The notes under the pieces: model-generated
Told to the model about the DNA's origin: nothing
Database searches by the model: none
Seen by the model: the letters and a program-made list of their open reading frames with translations, nothing else
Shown: positions 61,915 to 64,000 of the stretch, one piece after another
Position numbering within the stretch: position 1 is the first letter of the stretch
Layout of the letters: every line of letters begins with the position of its first letter
Made by a program: the position numbers and the translations under genes
From: Desulfatiglandales bacterium
GTDB taxonomy: Bacteria > Desulfobacterota > DSM-4660 > Desulfatiglandales > Desulfatiglandaceae
Reading direction: 5' to 3'
Length of the DNA stretch: 64,000 bases
NCBI GenBank assembly: GCA_963662465.1
Contig: OY759599.1
Location: 7,232,001 to 7,296,000, forward strand

Positions 61915-61952
61915 AAGGCCGTCTTTTTCATTAAAGACGGCCTTTTCTTTTT
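61915..61952 (+). terminator. Intrinsic terminator downstream of attR
   Basis: AAGGCCGTCTTT / AAAGACGGCCTT stem then T run. Confidence 0.75.
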
Positions 61953-62515
61953 GGTGGGCAGTGTTCGTTTCAGCAAGCATATCAAATGGTTGTCGGTAGT
62001 TAGGGTGCAGGCGACCATCCTTTCATGTGGTTTTTGAACACGCAAAATTTAGGATTCGTCGTTTTTCCTGACCAGTCACCACTTCCTTCGCTTCAAAATA
62101 CCGGGCAAGGAGGTCGTTGGGGGCCTGTCGGAAAAATCTCTGTGGGTTGCTGTGTGATCCGATCCTTGTTGACCAGAGGCCCGACGATGACCTTGCCGGG
62201 ATAGTTTTCGTAGCGTGCTTTTAAGGCTCCGACTTTTTGATCCATTTTTCGCCTGGGCCGCGGCAGTTATTAAGGAATCCTGAATAACTGAATCCGGCAC
62301 CAGTTCCCCCTGGAAGGTGTGCTGGGTGAGGAAATATAGTAGGCTACTTCCCTTTCATGAGCTCTTTTCCTTGACAAACGGCATACAATTCCTATGCTGA
62401 TCGAAATAAAATACTACCCCCACGGTTTCGACCTGGGGCGCGGGGTCGCTTTGGCGGCCCCTGCTTTTTTTGGACCTCGCATATTACCCTCTTTATTACC
62501 TCTATTTGAGGGGTA

Positions 62516-63085
62516 TTACCCCTTCTTGATCCACTTTGCGCCGGGTCCGCGGCCGATGCACTCAATGCTCTTTCCTTTTTGTTGCCGCAGAACGTACCGC
62601 AGCATTTCCCGACTGACGCCCGGAGTTATCTGTTCGAGCTGGGACACTGTGAACTTGCGGGGCAGGCGGGCGAGGGCCGACAGGATCATTTCAGTCTTTG
62701 CGCCCCGGGGGGCCTGGATATGGCCGACCCTTTCCGTGAATTCCTGATAGGCCATCTTCAAAATGGATAGGGTGAAATTGATGTACGGCCAGGGATCGTG
62801 CGTGCTTTCATGCCAGTTTTGGGAACTCTGCTCCAGGGTCTGGTAATAGCGCTCCTTTTCCTGCTCGATTAACCGTTCCAGGCTGATGTAACGGCCCGCT
62901 TCAAAGCCCTGGCGCCCGCATTGAAGCAGCAGAAGCAAGCGGGAAACCCGTCCGTTTCCGTCCCGGAAGGGATGGATGCAGAGAAAATCCAGGTTGAAGG
63001 CGGCCATGGCGATGAGGGGGTGCACCCAGCGTTCTTCGAGAGAGCGGCGCCATTCATCCAGCAGATTGGTCATGGCCTTCGGCGT
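62516..63085 (-). pseudogene. Fic family protein, C-terminal half
   Basis: HPFRDGNGRVSR; homology starts at about TPKAM. Confidence 0.8.
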
Positions 63086-63548
63086 TGCCGATGCCGGTCG
63101 GCTGGTGGGGGACCGCTTCCTCCAGGGTGACCTCGGAGGTGTTGCCGTCATTGGGGTCAACATGCCAGCCGGCTGAAACCAGTTGCTTGTCGATGAGACG
63201 CTTTCGGGTGGTGGCCTCATCGAATTTGAGGGCATCGGCGGGAACCTGACCGGCTGCCTTGAGGGCCTGGAGTTTCGCCTCGGTTTTCTCGGCTGCTTTG
63301 GCCTGAATGCGGAGTGTTTCCACCTGCTGGAGCAGTTCCTGCAACTGGGATTCCTGGAAAGCTAATTTTTCAAGGGCGGCCTTCTTTTCCCGCTTGATTT
63401 TTGCTTTGGTATCTTCAAGGGGCGGTTCCTGATATTCGGGATTTTCATCGGCGTTGCCGCCGCCATAGGTGATGTAATACCAGCAACCCAGATCCCAGGC
63501 TTCACGTAGGCAGGAAAAGGCGGTTTCACTTTGGATGGCTTGGCCATA
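63080..63548 (-). pseudogene. Type I restriction enzyme R subunit N-terminal fragment
   Basis: Coiled coil then FDEATTR..LID.QL..AGW...EE.V.HQPT, as in EcoKI-type HsdR. Confidence 0.65.
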
Positions 63549-64000
63549 ATTGATCGCGACAAAAGGTTTGTGGTTTCTGGGACTGGCGTCATGGATGGCG
63601 CGGGCAAACAATTCTTTTCCGGTCCCGGATTCTCCTTCAATCAAAACGGGGATGGAACGTGGTGCAATACGTCGGGCCATTAGGACCACCCGCTGCATCA
63701 ACTCGCTTCGGTGTATAATGTCATCGAACTCAGGAGCTTCCGCCGGCAGTCCGGCTGCGAGATGTTCTAACGTCTTGTCCGATTTCTTCAGCAAGCAGGT
63801 CAGGGATGAAGTCCGCTGAAATATCAAAAGGTACAGAGGCTTTCTGAACGCCGTGACCCTTGGATGATTCGATTAGCTCGGCGGGAAAACGAGTCTTGGA
63901 CAGAAGAATCCAGACCGCCGCCATGGCGGGTGTGCCGGGACTGAGATGGAAAACAAGGTTTATTTTAGGGCCATGCTTTTTGAATGTTTCTGAGATGGCT
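63549..64000 (-). pseudogene. Sigma54-interacting transcriptional regulator fragment (frameshifted, truncated)
   Basis: [12 protein letters not shown]-domain, VLIEGESGTGKELFARAIH, PFVAIN then break; frameshift near 63790. Confidence 0.75.

Overview
Bacterial chromosomal window; gene content (TPAT-type TRAP transporter, selB/yqeC, LUD protein, OYE flavoenzyme) suggests an anaerobic Desulfobacterota-like host (inference). Core genes alternate with at least three accessory blocks. (1) 1.3-9.3 kb: two divergently oriented 593-aa paralogous P-loop ATPase/PD-(D/E)XK-like proteins bracket two toxin-antitoxin pairs, a HAD phosphatase and a secreted caspase-like protein; one paralog has a G13 tract in its likely promoter. 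(2) 20.8-28.2 kb: a ~7.4-kb integrase-less insert flanked by a ~58-bp direct repeat of the arfB 3' end, carrying two ~1000-aa paralogous surface proteins and a collapsed LytS/LytTR locus. (3) 43.0-61.9 kb: an ~18.9-kb island in tRNA-Asn(GTT) with a 45-bp att duplication, arm-site-like repeats, an excisionase-like gene and no intact integrase. It carries a degraded type 1 BREX locus (brxA, brxB intact; brxC and pglX internally deleted; no pglZ/brxL), several TA modules, an IS with a 6-bp target duplication, and a 154-bp ISL3-like MITE that carries a REP doublet and interrupts brxC. Beyond attR lies a chimeric sigma54-activator/HsdR/Fic remnant. Six heptanucleotide tandem arrays are dispersed through the core regions, one inside a glycosyltransferase frame. 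No CRISPR array or rRNA was seen. All product calls are from motif recognition by eye, not database searches.
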